In this document: in pieces, positions 1 through 20,058 of the stretch
Position numbering within the stretch: the first letter of the stretch is position 1
Layout: the number at the start of each line of letters is the position of its first letter
Assembly: GCF_009914755.1 (NCBI RefSeq)
Contig: NC_060930.1
From: the human T2T-CHM13v2.0 reference genome, Homo sapiens
Direction: 5' to 3' (one strand)
Length of the DNA stretch: 64,000 nt
Program-made: the position numbers and the translations under genes
The notes under the pieces: generated by a model
What the model was told of the DNA's origin: nothing
The model's input: only the letters and a program-made list of their open reading frames with translations
Databases searched by the model: none

Positions 1-489
1 AATGCAACCCCATATGCTTTCCTCAATTTGCAGCAACCAAAGCATTACTGCTTTTATCTGTTTCATATAGGGGGACTTAAAGAAAGATTTAGGCTTGGGG
101 AGGGAGTCAAAGAGTCCTTCTTTTTAAACCAATTTACCACAAGATACCATCAAACGTAGCTTCAGATCAATAAACAGTGTTTCTGAGTTGACCTCTAAAT
201 ATTCTCTGGTAGTCTCACTTCCCCGTGATAAAAAAGAAACACAGGAGCTTTATTGTGTCCCATCCAGTTGCAAGGAAACTGGCCTGGATCCCTAACTATA
301 GTTCTGATGAAACTACTATTAAAAACAGGGCTGGGGTCTTTAAATGACGAGATCTGGCTTACATTCTCTCTAAGAGTTTTGGTTATCACCAGAGGTATGA
401 CACTAAACATTAACTGAGTCCTAAAATTAGTATAGTTAGTATAATTTCCATTATTATGAGGAAAAACTACCTTAAACCTAATTTCATTT

Positions 490-810
<321 letters not shown>

Positions 811-1527
811 AAAACCTAATTATAAAAGCCCAAGTACTAGAATACAGAATGATGCTGATTTTGCCACTATCTACTTACATGATTTGAAACAAATATTTTA
901 CTTTTGTGGAGTCTGGTCCCTCAGACACCTCCACAAAAACTCTAAGTTTCCCCAGAACAATTAAAAAAGTAAAAGTCCTTCCCAGACATAACTTTATTTA
1001 CTGCTGAATTCCTGAATACTAGATATGATGTCATGGCTATAACTGATATTTGTTTGTAAATAATAAGATAGGAGATAAATTCTTATTTAATTCCAATATT
1101 CATTTCATCTCTAGTTCTTATGTTACATATCAGGAGCTATTTGCTTTGCTTTCAGAAGAAAACTAGAGCCAAAAAGAAATTTATAAAGAGCTAAGTGAAC
1201 AAATCTAAATGAAAGCAGTATACACAATACCTAATTGATCATAATTTGACTCATTCTGTTCCTAAATAAGATATACTTTTTTGTTTGTAGTTCACTGAAA
1301 ATTATTCCAGAGACATCTGAAACCTCTTTAATATTCTCCTCAGCATGTAAAACTTTTCTAGTCTAGCATCTCATTACCTTATCCACACTATACCTGTCTG
1401 AACATTCGGCTCCAGTCATTAGCATAAACATACACTACAAACATTATTAATGAGATACATATCAAGGGACCCAAGCAAGCTATTAACCACCTGGGGTAAC
1501 TGCATGTTTCTGTATAAAAACCTTTAG

Positions 1528-1828
<301 letters not shown>

Positions 1829-2254
1829 ACTGTTACAGCAGCAAATACAGAAGCTGCCTAAACATACTGCAGTTTATCCACACAACAACTATTTCTACAA
1901 CACGCTATTCACAAGTCACGAAGTGTATTTGTTAGGGCACATGTAGTATGACCACACATTGAGCACCCTGCTCTAACAAAGGCATAGGACACGATTTTCA
2001 TGAGAAAAAAAAAATTTGTCTTTCAAATGTATACATTTAGTAAATTACATAAAAAATCTTGTCAAAGTACCAATGGCTTAGCATGAACTTACAATTAATG
2101 GGAAGAAATCTTACTTCAAAACTTTAAAAAAGCAAATTTTAAAAAATCTTTATATTAAATATGTTTCCCTACCTTAAGCTCACTTTTTACACTTTCTTAC
2201 AAAGAAAGAACATTTAAGATGTAAAGACTGTCTTTTAAGGAGAATGTATTCAAT

Positions 2255-2470
2255 GATGGGTTGTCAAACTATGATCCAAAAGCCAAATGTGACCTGCTAA
2301 TTTGTAAATAAAATTTTATTGAAATACACCCACCAAATGTTATTGAAATACATCATTTGGTTTATGTAAAATCAGGGGGATATGGCTGCTTTTTATCTGA
2401 GACAGAGACCACACAACCCACAAATGATAAAATATTTACTACTACGTCCTTCACAGAAAAAGTTTAGAAC
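2255..2470 (+). mobile_element. MER58A-like hAT element
   Basis: tttgtaaataaaattttattgaaatacac...cacagaaaaagttt. Confidence 0.65.
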
Positions 2471-2590
2471 GAAAACTTAAAGCTGGATTACAGGAAAAAC
2501 TTAAAGCTGAGGATTCTGTCTTAAGCAGTCCTAATCCATGCAGCACCTAACACAGAGCCCTAGGGGTAAATAAGTTTCCAATATAATTTC

Positions 2591-2658
2591 TGAATGAATG
2601 AATGAATGAATGAATGAATGAATGAAAGGAAGAAGGGAAGGAAGGGAGGGAGGGAGGA
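2591..2658. repeat. (TGAA)9 followed by a (GGAA/GGGA)-rich tract
   Basis: Direct reading. Confidence 0.95.
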
Positions 2659-5006
2659 AATTCCCAGACCAGGATGCAGGAAAATAAACCTGTCTATAAT
2701 TTCCTTCAAGAAGTATTATACAAATGTACCTCACCTACTTAAACAGATGTGTTATAAAAAGCTGAATATAAATTACATTTCCATAAATGCCTAAGTGGCT
2801 TTTTTATTCCCTGCAATAATTTTCCTTATAAAGCAAGTCCCAAATTTACCTTTTATATTCAGTTTTTCTTGAAGCAGGGTATGCTTGTATATGTGTGTGT
2901 ATTATATAAATATGTAAGTCAAAAGATATAAATACAGATATAGATACATATGTAAAAATTGCAACCATAGCACCAGCCCTTTTGTTGGTCTGTTACATTA
3001 TTCCCACAGCCTTACATTTTTCCTGTGTCGAGCATAATCTGAGTTATTATCTTTTACTTTACTATTTGTTTTACAACAGTACTTATTAAAACCATTTGGT
3101 TTTTACCTACTGATTCAATAATAGTTGAAATTAAATTTATAGTACTCAAACTCTCAGCAGAAAGAATTAAAATAAAAGGCATGAAAATTAATTCTAAAAT
3201 TTTTATATAGTTCTAAGTCTTCATCACTTTCAATTGATGTTGAATTATTTTGAAGACAATTTATTTAATTGCATTACAAAATCTGCTAATAAACTAAGTA
3301 CACAGATAAATCCTATTATAAAATTCTATCTTTTCCCAGAATATGTGTGAAAAAGCAGATTTCACAATTACAAGACAGTTCAATTCCAACTGTAACTGTA
3401 GTAACATTATATCACTTTTCCTGGTATTATATTTACACTCAAGTAGAACTGACTCCCCCCTCCTGGGGAAAGCCATGAAAATAATGAAACAAGAGTACTC
3501 AAGACAAAAGAAATATTAAGAAAAAAGTTAAATGTATTTTAGGGAATGTCAGAAATTCAACGAGTTCCTTTAAAATACACTTTGATTATTTGGCAGCTTT
3601 CAACAAAATTGAAGGACAATCTAATCAAGGAGGCATAAAGACATAGTAAAGCGACTATCAAGTGTAACTGCAAGTCTTTCATTGAGAATCATTTTGTTTA
3701 ACTCTGAAAGTGGGGGCAGGGGGCAGAGGGAGTGTTATATTTCAATACACCTTCACCAATATTATGGCTAAATAAAATGATTTTATTTTATCAAATGCTT
3801 GAAGTCTATTTTCATCAAAATCCCAAAACTGCAGTTTTGGCTGATTTAATCTACACAAAAATGCTTGCTATGTAAAACTCATTTGACCAACTCTCACTAG
3901 CAAAACCTCAGCCAAATCGAAAGTCCCACTATCTGATAGGAAAAGTCCAACTTCATTTTTATTCCAAATACACAAGTTAATGAACAATTTTTGCCAATTA
4001 TCTCACATTTGAATTTCAATGTGAGACAGACAGGCAGGCAGGCAGACACTGACAGATAAAAAGCCCTGCCATACCTGTCTCTTGGATGAAATAAGGTACT
4101 TTCACTAACTCTTAATAATGTTCTCTTTGCTGTCTTGGAATCTCCCTCAGGAGAGACATTTGTTAACAACAGCCAAAGGAAGAAAGAGAGGAAATGTTTA
4201 AAGGAAAAGTGTCATCACTTTCAACCTACTCCCACTGCCCTACTCTATACTATACAAAAACTGAGAACATCCCAACCCAATCCCAAATATCTTGTTGCTA
4301 AATTCAACAGACACTTTTCACTCCTTAGCTTACTAATTCTCTATAAGATTTAACCTTTCTTTGGAGACATTTTTACTTTCCCTTAGCTTGAATGACAGAT
4401 ATTTCTCCTGGTTTTCTCCCACCTCCCCTACTCTCAGTCACCATTGCTTCCTCTACTCAACAGCCTGTCCACATCCCTGTCTTTACTATCACATACTATT
4501 GTCTCCCAAATCTGTACTTTCAATCCATATTCTTCTCCTAAACCCAAGGTCCAACTACCTAAATATCCAAAGAATGCTGAGGAAACATGTGCCAGAGGTA
4601 TACCTAACCTAATTTATTCTGCTATCTTGTTTTCTCAGAAAATAAATTTTATTTACACTTATTTAATCAACTGGGAATTTATCTGGCTATGAGATATGTG
4701 CTGAAGCTCTAAATTGAATTTGTGCCAAGCTGTTAATCAATTATCCACAAATAATTTATTATTAGTTAAATAGTTATCTGCAAGTTCTATGAGATAGGGA
4801 CAGTATCCACACTGCTCACTGCTGTTTCCCCAGAACCTAGCACAGTACCTGACACACAGAGGAATCCAAGAAACAGAAACTATAATTTAGTGTATTACTA
4901 AAGTCTTAGTGGTGGGGAATGTAACAAGAAATAATTTTCAAAGCTCAGGAAAAAGTTAAATAAAATTTAAAAATTCAAAAATTCAACAAGTTAAAATATA
5001 ACCAAG

Positions 5007-5389
5007 TGCTACGGTTTGAAAATTCATGGTGAAACTTAATTTCCAGTGCAACAGTACTGAGAGATGGAACCTTTAGGAGGTGATTAGGCCACAAGGGCTC
5101 TGCCCTCATGCATGGGATTAGTGATCTTACAAAAGAGCTGGTGGTAACTAGCCAGGCCCTTTTGCTCTTCCACCATTTGAGCACAAAGCATTCGCCCCTT
5201 CAGCCATGGGAAGATGCAGCAACAAGGCATCATTTTGGAAACAAAGAGCAACCTTCACCAAATACTGAACCTGCTAGCATCTTGATTCTGAACTTCCTAG
5301 CCTCCAGAACTATGAAAAATAAATTTCTGTTGTTTATAAATTACCCAATCTGAGGTATCCTGCTATAGCCGCACAAATGAACTAAGATA
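5007..5389 (+). mobile_element. MaLR solo LTR (MST/MLT1A-like)
   Basis: tgctacggtttgaa...gaactaagata; 5-bp TSD ccaag/ctaag. Confidence 0.85.
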
Positions 5390-6074
5390 CTAAGTATGAT
5401 TAAATGCCTGGAAACTTTTTCTAAAGAAGCTCTCTAATCTTCCCAAAACATTCTTAAGATTTCAGCTCTAGAAGACTGTGTTTTCCTCCATAGAAAAGCA
5501 ATATAAGAATAGCTAGTACCACTCAGGTACAGGCTGAGTTGTAGAGAGAAGAACAGGAAGGAGCCCAGACTCTTTATGACAAAAAAAAAAAAAAAAAAAA
5601 AAAAATCGAAGTGCATTTGGGAAGTAGGTGCACAGCATGCACTATATAAAACAGTTGTAAATCCATGTCTTACTTTGCAAAGTTAAGTTAGAACCCTGTG
5701 GATCAGAATTAGAGATACTAGGCCTTCCTTTTGACCTCAACTCCTACCAAAACCATATATTTCTCATCTCAAAAGCCTTCCATTATTATAAAACATACTG
5801 CAAAGAAATAACAAAACACACTGCTGAATAGTACATTTAAAATAAGCCTTCTGTATATTAACACCCAGTACACAGGCAAGGTGGTCACTATCAGGATGAC
5901 ATACTTCCAAGTGGATCAGCATGACTCAGTTCCAACCTTAGAAGACAGCCTTCACTCAAAATGAATTTATGCATTAATTCTTCACAGCAAAGTAATAATA
6001 ATAACAATGACAATAAAAGGAGTTTTTAAATTTGTAGAAATGTTAGATTGCCTATAATTTAAAAAGTCTTCCAG

Positions 6075-8995
<2,921 letters not shown>

Positions 8996-9334
8996 GAAGA
9001 TTTTTTAAATGCTTAATTATTAGAGATCAAAAACTGCAACCAAAAGTACTCAGAACTATAAAAACTAAAGACATCTCATTTTTAAAAGTATGAGTTTATT
9101 GAAATACACGAAACACAATTAATTCTTCCATCAAACAAACTTTCATTTCATCTGTTTCTGAGATTACAGTGGCTTAGTCTCCATCAATTCACCTATTACA
9201 ACTAATATAAATTTCTCACTGTTTCATTTTCAATAACTTTCATATTTCTGTTTCTATTACCTGGCTTTACATTTCAGAAATATTCCCTATTCTACAATGT
9301 TTTCAAATCCATTAAAGTTTCCTGTCAAAACCAC

Positions 9335-12400
<3,066 letters not shown>

Positions 12401-12904
12401 TCTTAAAACTTAGAAATATAAAATTTGAAATTAAGCTTTGTTGTAATAATGCAACAACCTTGCGAGTATATAAAGAGAATAAGGCAAATTATTCAAAGGA
12501 GAATACAGAATGAATCAGAGAGAGTTCATCATTTTTAGATTACAAACTGGCAATTTATCTATTAACCTCAACATGTCCAATATCATTAAAAAACAAGGCA
12601 GTGGGCAGCAGACATACCAAAAACCATATCATTAAGAGAAAAACACTTTCAAACTTAACATCTAGTTATAGATTTATGTTAAACTAGCTAAGCTCTGAAA
12701 CCAAAAATTTAGCAGAATGAGAGATAACTTGTGCTATACAGCTTAGAACACTAGCAAAACCAAAAATATATAATTTTTGAAACATTTATTTTGCTATTCA
12801 CATTAGAAATTCACACTCTCAAGAGTGTAAACTTTTCTAACAATAAAACAATATTCTTCAAGCATTAGGGTTATTTGTGTAATTTTTTTAGAAGTCTAAC
12901 TTAC

Positions 12905-13006
12905 CGAGTACCATCTGCTTTCCAGCTTACTTTGTATGGCTTCAGGTCTAAAAGTTTAATATTTTGCTTGTCCATGGAAACAGGCTGTGCTCCAGGGAAT
13001 CCAGAC
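12905..13006 (-). CDS. RNGTT: RNGTT exon 8 (102 bp): [33 protein letters not shown](R); nucleotidyltransferase motif I KxDG (GMP-lysine)
   Basis: tctttaag|GTCTGGATTC...GGTACTCG|gtaagt; KADG motif. Exon 9 was not seen in 1-12904, so it lies beyond the left edge. Confidence 0.97.
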
Positions 13007-13464
13007 CTTAAAGAAGAACACAGTATTACTATCGTGGCTGGTATCCATACAAAGCAATACATGTCTTAAACCAATCTCAAATGAATCACACATTTATCAC
13101 AATGTTCTCCCTATGATGAGATTAATGTCAGCTGGAATAACATCCGCTTTCACAAAAATACTAATAAAAGATTATCATTTTCTTGACATTTTAGAATGCA
13201 AGTTAACAGAGTTCTAAATTACCACTGCTATGGTATAATCACTGAGCTAATTTTAAAATATTAGTATATATGATCTAAATAGTAAAGCAGGTATGTTTAC
13301 AAGTCTTGTACTTCAGGAAGAAGTTTAAATCTTGGCTTAATTACTTTACATGATATTCTAGACCCCATATTTCCCCAACGTGAGACTGCCAACTTGACAT
13401 AACTGCAAGGTTGGCAACTTTCTCCTCAAAAGATACCCAGAAGTGACAAAACAGGAGAAATATG

Positions 13465-13541
13465 GGTCAAGATTAAGGCTTAACACAACATTAAAACCAA
13501 GGGTGTAGGTCAAGATTAAGGTTTAACACAACATTAAAACC
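13465..13541. repeat. 34-bp direct duplication with 9-bp spacer in intron 7
   Basis: ggtcaagattaagg(c/t)ttaacacaacattaaaacc at 13465-13498 and 13508-13541. Confidence 0.95.
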
Positions 13542-14215
13542 GATCTTATTTCTTCATTGTTTTCATATTTTAGTTAAAACTACTTCTAGATGATTTATCT
13601 AGTATTTATGTAACAGTAATAAAAGTTCTTTTCATTAGGAATTTATATTAGGAATTAACAATAATCCTTTTTCCTTACATTCAACTGTATTACAGTTCTC
13701 TGCCACAGATACCAATGATCAGCAGAAATGACCACAGGCCAAGACCTGAGAGCAACAGATAAGAGCAATGTATGCTCTCCTGAATCCACTACGAAATGTC
13801 TGAAAGATATTTTCAAGTCATGGCATTCACTGCTTATATTTAAAGCTGATTTTCCTAGACTTCTGATTACAGAAAAACTGGAAAATGAGGCAGATCCAAA
13901 TTTCACCTCTTCCCTCTTATCAAATTGAGAGACTAGCTCAAACATTAATCAGTAGCAGTAGAGTCAAAGACACGAAACAAATACTAGACAGTGAAAACAA
14001 GAATTTTCTATTACTTTAGGAAAATATGTGAGTCATCTAATTTTGACTCAACTGTCTGGTTATTGCATTGATTGTCTTGAACGAAATCTGACACCTTTAA
14101 AGTATTCTATTGCAAACATACTAACTTCAAGGAGCCAAGAAGATATGTCAATGCTTGTATTAAGTGTTGTAAAATAAGAGCAAATTTTATTTAAAAATTT
14201 AAAAATATTTATTAC

Positions 14216-14325
14216 CCTTCCCAGCCACAGAATTGATGACACTTCTGCTGTACCTCTCCTAACTTTGGTTGTGTTGTTACTTGAGTTACACCTTTAACAG
14301 TAACACCTTCCAAGAAAATAGCGCC
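14216..14325 (-). CDS. RNGTT: RNGTT exon 7 (110 bp): [36 protein letters not shown](G); start of guanylyltransferase region
   Basis: ttttttttaaag|GGCGCTATT...TGGGAAGG|gtaat; frame continuous. Confidence 0.96.
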
Positions 14326-16373
14326 CTTTAAAAAAAAAATAAGAAAAATAAGGGAAAGAAAAATATTTTATTAGAGTTCAAATTCATTTACAAAGAAGAG
14401 ACTGAGAGATAAATTAGTTTGTTCTCACAAATCTTAGCAAGTCAATATATCTAACAGAAACGGTCTGCTGTATAAACTCCCCTAAGATTGTACACTAGTT
14501 TTCCTAAATCCAGCACATGGTTTTCTTCAATATACGTATGTACTCTATAGGCACTTCTCAAATCATAACAGTAATAATAATTTATCTACCATTTATTGAG
14601 ATCCAAGCAGAATGTCTGGCATCTTGCAAACATTCTCTCTAATCCTTACAACACTGAAAAAATAGACTGTACTGTATTTATTTCAAAGATGAGTAAATAA
14701 GGCACAAAGATTTTATGTAAATCAAGTGGTAAAAGACAGAATTTGAACAGGCCTACACTATACCAACCACCAATGGAGAGAAGGGGAAAGGAGCTGTGTT
14801 ACTATGAATGAAGTATGGACTTTAAGGGGATAAACACCAAAACCTCTATCTTTGTAAACCAGAGTAAGAGTGTAGGCAAAGTGGCTAAGCCACAGTCATT
14901 GGATATATTAACATACTAATAGAACAAAATATTACTCATCATGGAATTTTTAATCTAAATTTTTTAACTCAGAACTACATATTTTGAAATATCACAGCGA
15001 AGTAAAGCAGACAGAGAATATCAAACAAATAAGGAACCCTTCTGGAAATTTTTAAACCTAAAAAAAATAGTCTAGATGTATGCTACAGTTCTTTTAAGGT
15101 CCATAAAGGGACTGGCATCAGTCTTAAGAAAAATCTATAAAACAATTCTAGCTGTTAATGTAATTAGGCAATAAAAAAGTTAGTCTACAAGCTACAACGT
15201 TCAACCTTCTGGCAAAGACCTGGCAATCTGAGCCACTTGAGAAAAGAAAAAAAGAACAATTAATACTTCATCCACATACATTCTTGTCAAATCTGGAAGA
15301 ATCCTGAGTCCTTCCAGCAGACACTAGTCCTACTTTTTGTCCCTAATTTTGAAGCACTTTTTGTACTTATCTGTCTTCTACTTTGCTTTCCTTAAATAAC
15401 CAAAATTTAGGAATTTCATAAGCCCAAGGATCAAAGAGTACCATCCCTCTACTATTATACCATTATTTCTCTGTACTAGCCAATGGCATTTCTGTTTAAA
15501 ACCATTTTTATCATTAAGTACAACAGCTAAAGGAAAAAAAGAGTATTTTTAAAAGAAAGCTCAACCAGATAGATGAGGTTTGTAACATATTTACTTATTG
15601 AGTGCTCAGATAATTTCAATATCCTTAAAAAATTGTTTCTTATGCTAATTAAAAAAGAACACTTCTTTTTAGAGAGTTCAATATTAAGCATCCTAATTCT
15701 GATGGTATTAACAGCATGAGATGTTCTTTTTAAGTTTTACACAAAGAAAGTCTCTAGCTTCATTTATCAACGTGGATTTCCTATGCAAAGTTAAGAAATT
15801 TACATTAACTTCTGAAATGGGCAAAATAAAAGCAAAGGCCAAATTAACCTAAGTTACTACTAAAAACACAAACACTATTTATATTTTTAACATATAATAA
15901 AAAGGACTAACACATAGAAAATATGATCACATTCAACCAAGCACTTTCCCACAATATTACCACAGAAATATTTTAATAACATTTCTATGGGGTTGAAAAA
16001 GCTGAATATTTTTAATTTAACAGAGCCAATAAATACTGAGCATCAGTACAGATCTAACAACTACTGAGTCTGGTTATAAAAGTTAACCCCAATCACCTAG
16101 TAAATGTCTGTCATCCATTTATTGTTCTTCTTCCTTAATCTTTCCTACCATGCATCAACTTCTTTTTTAACTTCCTCTATTTTCTTCCACAACAAATAAG
16201 TAAAAAGAAAGGTAGAAGTCCAATAAAAAAAAGTATGATACACTTCATACACAAATCATCCTTGGTAACTTTAGGCTAACATAATTTGCTATTTAATGTT
16301 ACTACAATAGTTCTGACAAAATACCATTTTTATATTATTCAAAATTATATAACTCCAAGAAAGACCACTAATT

Positions 16374-17170
16374 TTTTTATTTATTTCTAGATGCAGTTTC
16401 TTTAATGTAAGCCAATTCTGGTTATTTCTACCTAGAGCTGAAAGCAACCTGAAAATACCCATCTTCATTTTCATGTTAGAGATCTAGAAACTGTTTCAAG
16501 ATTCTAAATGTGCAAAAGGTCTAAGAGGGGAGAAAATAAAATCTTTTAAACAAGCTTTGCACGTGCTGATACTGCTCATTATTTCATTATATCAGCCCTT
16601 CCAAATCTTGAATTTGCATTTTTAACCAGTGTTAGAAAATCCTGTATTTCCCTCCCTGGGAAATATGGGAAGCATGAGCCATGACATATTCCTGAAGCTA
16701 AATCTCAGGGCATCACCTCTCACAAACAAGAGATCAAGATGCTTTTCATATTTATTTTATTTTAAAAATCCACAATGGATAAAAGAGAACAATCATCCAG
16801 GATGTAGGTGCCAGACACAGGGCAGAAGGTAGCTAGAAAAGTATGCCTTAGGGAAGTTAAGGGCCTAGCCTCATCCCTACCTTGTTTTAATAGCTGTACC
16901 TAACATAAACAGCTTAGTTTTCCATTGTTGTAGCTTCCTCTGCCCCATTTACAAACATGGCACAGCCGGCATGCCTTGCAAGGCCTGAGTTGAAGGACCG
17001 CATGTACACACAGACCAGTACAGCAGTACTAGGCTAACTAGAAGGATATCATCCCCATATGTGATCTCATTCCAAGTCTACAGCTGACTACCTTCATTGT
17101 TATGTATGAGATGGTTTCACTCCTTGAAAATATGGCCACTTCAGCATAAAATAGTTAAATCTTTATAATG
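16374..17170 (-). pseudogene. Processed (retroposed) 3'UTR fragment, ~800 bp, 5'-truncated; resembles the distal EIF4B 3'UTR from memory (unverified)
   Basis: 15-bp TSD gaaagaccactaatt (16359-16373) / gaaagatcactaatt (17171-17185); minus-strand ATTAAA (16401-16406) ~20 nt before a short A-tail; internal AATAAA (16751-16756); not a recognisable TE. Confidence 0.8.
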
Positions 17171-17636
17171 GAAAGATCACTAATTCTAAACAGTGGCCAG
17201 ATGTGGTGACTCATGCCAGTAATCCCGGCACTTTGGGAGGCTGAGTCAGGAGGACTGCTTGAGCCCCAGAGTTCAAGACCAGCTTGGGCAACACAGTGAG
17301 ACCCATCTCTATTTATAAAAATAAAAAATAAATAATTAATTTTAAAAATAAATTTTAAATAGCAATGTCTTCGGTCTGGAATTATTGTGAACATACTATA
17401 ATTGAGTATTAAAGTCACTGACATTTATTTTCACTTTTCAACAAATTATTTCTGTTTGTGAAAATAAAGAAAAATCGAAAGTTAAAAAAGTATGTTTATA
17501 GAAATATATTTCATAAACAGAGTCAGCTAGCCTTAAAATTAAAATCTGCATGGCTATCACAACAGAAATGAGTGATCCTTTAGACAGAAATTTAGTAAAT
17601 ATTACAGAAGATGGAGGCAATTTATGTGAGAGAGAG

Positions 17637-17639
<3 letters not shown>

Positions 17640-17690
<51 letters not shown>
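17640..17690. repeat. (TG)25 microsatellite
   Basis: Direct reading. Confidence 0.98.
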
Positions 17691-17693
<3 letters not shown>

Positions 17694-18602
17694 GAGAAAA
17701 TGTATACAAGAATATACGTACAACAGGCATATTTTCATAATGAGGAAAATACATTCATCGTTGTATTCAAAGAAATGATCTCAGACATCAGTTCAAGGAG
17801 TAAGCAACATACCTGTAAGTCATACTCTTCCAACTTAGTAACACATGTACTCAAAAGATGAATAAAGAAGGTGTCTTAGGAATGTAAGGGGCCAAGCACA
17901 GCATCGGACATGTGCCACAGTTATAAACCCAAAGAGAACTATCAGAATTAATTACAAGGAGTCCATTACTTGAATACATAGTTATATCAATATAAGAATC
18001 AGAAAAGACTGTACTTAACAAAAATAAAGTCTCAAACCAAAAATACCTTCATTATGTCAAGAGATGTGATCTATAAAATAGTCACTCTTAGATTGCCTCT
18101 GTTAACTATCTTCAACCTCAGATGGAAATAAAAGAAAAATGAAAGCTTTTCCAACCATAAATGTAATAAGTAATTATATCTGTGCTTCTCATCCCTGTCA
18201 ACCATAGGTCAACTACAGTTGACACCATCCACAATTCAACTCTTCAGTCCCCTTTCTTCTCTGATGGTTTTGTACTCACTGCTTTAAAGCCCCTTTTCCT
18301 TGGTTCATCTTATCAATAATCACCTTCCCAAAGAGTTCCAATGTAAACCCTGGAATTCCTTTTTCATAAATAACCTTCCCCATCACCTCAACCATTTTCT
18401 TGAACACCCCGTACCGTGTCTCAACTAAAAGCTAGCTCTCCCTAGACAGATCATGTCATCTTAAAGCTACTTATTCTCCCACAGCCCAAGATCCATGGCA
18501 GTAATTTAAACTACTGTTCTATACCTCCTCACTGCTTTCCTAATCTCTTTCAAAAGGCCCTCTTGTGTTTACACTAATTCCTTTCAGCTATACCACTCAG
18601 CT

Positions 18603-19170
18603 GTAGTAAAGCAGAAATCCACTGTGGGTACTGGCATAACAACTCTCTTTAAGGGCTGCCCTCCCAACCCACAAAGATGGGGCCTAATAGCTATTTTACA
18701 TGACATTACAAGATAACATCCTACTCCAGCCAAAGTTGATGGGAGCACGAATAACCCCTAACTCAATCTGAAGCCATCAGATTCTCTCTCCTGGTAATTT
18801 GGAATTGGGATTCCGAGACAAGCAGTTAGTCTCTGCATGTGGCTAAAATTATAACAGGTTACCTTAGAAGCTTCGAGACAGTTAATGATCTCCCAGGAAA
18901 ATCAGGAATCAGGAAGAGCCAATCTTGAGAGACAGAGACAATGAGAAGACTGATACAAATAAAGGGACAAAAGCAGAGATGCAATATTAAGAAGAAAGAG
19001 CAGAAACTAGGTTCTAAGTAACTTTCCAGGTCCAGGTTCCAATATTGTCCTAAAATCTGGCACATTCCAGTGCCTGAGTTCCACTAATTTACTCATGAAT
19101 AAGTACCCTTAATATTTAAGCCAGTTTAAGTTATTTTCTGCTGTTTACAGTCAGAGAGTCTAAACTAGTA
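18603..19170 (+). mobile_element. Old MaLR LTR (MLT1K/L-like)
   Basis: Typical MLT1 3' end (tttaagccagtttaagttattttctg...cagagagtctaaact). Confidence 0.55.
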
Positions 19171-20058
19171 AAACCCTCTATCCTTTGTGTATTGAAAGAT
19201 ATTGCCCTACATTCATCAAAAAAAGTTGGTCTTTCTGACTATTCTAACCTCTATCATTATATTGGTAACATCAACATCCATTGAAATAACTCGACCTGTT
19301 GTACAACCTTTACAATAGGTCATCTCATTTACAATGACCCTCATCTTTGTCCAACTGGAACATCCTGCTCCATGGCACTACCACAATCATTTCAAACCAC
19401 TCTACCTTTTGATTCAATACAACTCACATTGATTGAGTGCCGACAGCATTCTAAAACTAACATGTCACTATAAACTCTTTTACTGTCACTCTGCTCACTT
19501 TTCAATTTCACCAAGACTAACAGTCCCTTCATTTCTCCTTTACATATTCTAACAGCACCCTCATCCTGACCTTACTTCCTATTCAGCCTAGAACCTATGG
19601 CTGATTACTTCAATTATTTTTCCTCTGACAGCCTCAGTGCCCCTTACCCTCTTGTTCTTCATCACACCCAAACTGAATTTCTCCAGCCTTGAGTCAACCT
19701 ACCGTTAGTCTTTTCCACTCTCATACATAGGCAGCTGAAACTTACTGAGGAAAAAATCACAATCTCAATTACATCTCCAGTACTAAGAAAGATATTTCCC
19801 TCCTATTGCTGAAGACCTATTACTCCAAAAACTGCATTTGACCTCCATTCCCTTGCACTTCCTCAGAGATTTCTCTATCATTATTCCCCAAATCTTTACT
19901 TTCAACTTCATTGACTTCACTAGCTCCTTATCCACACTAATAAATATGCTTGAATTTATCCCATACTAAAAAGCCTTTTCTGACTATGTCTGCATCAATT
20001 ACCCTTCTGCTCCTTTTTTTATCATAACCAAGCCACTTGAATGAATAGTTTATAGTAG

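Noticed and set aside
3880-4200. Unique-looking intronic DNA with GATA and palindromic motifs (possible enhancer)
   Set aside because: Short motifs are expected by chance; conservation or chromatin data would be needed.
13465-13541. Repeat-spacer-repeat pattern reminiscent of CRISPR
   Set aside because: Only two copies, 9-bp spacer, primate intron, no cas genes.
13640-14160. Non-repetitive intron 7 sequence as a possible snoRNA or poison exon
   Set aside because: No convincing C/D or H/ACA box arrangement or paired splice sites could be established by eye.
16374-17170. NONO or TPM3 as the parent of the intron 6 retrocopy
   Set aside because: My recollection of those 3'UTRs does not match; EIF4B fits better but is left without a gene symbol pending BLAST.
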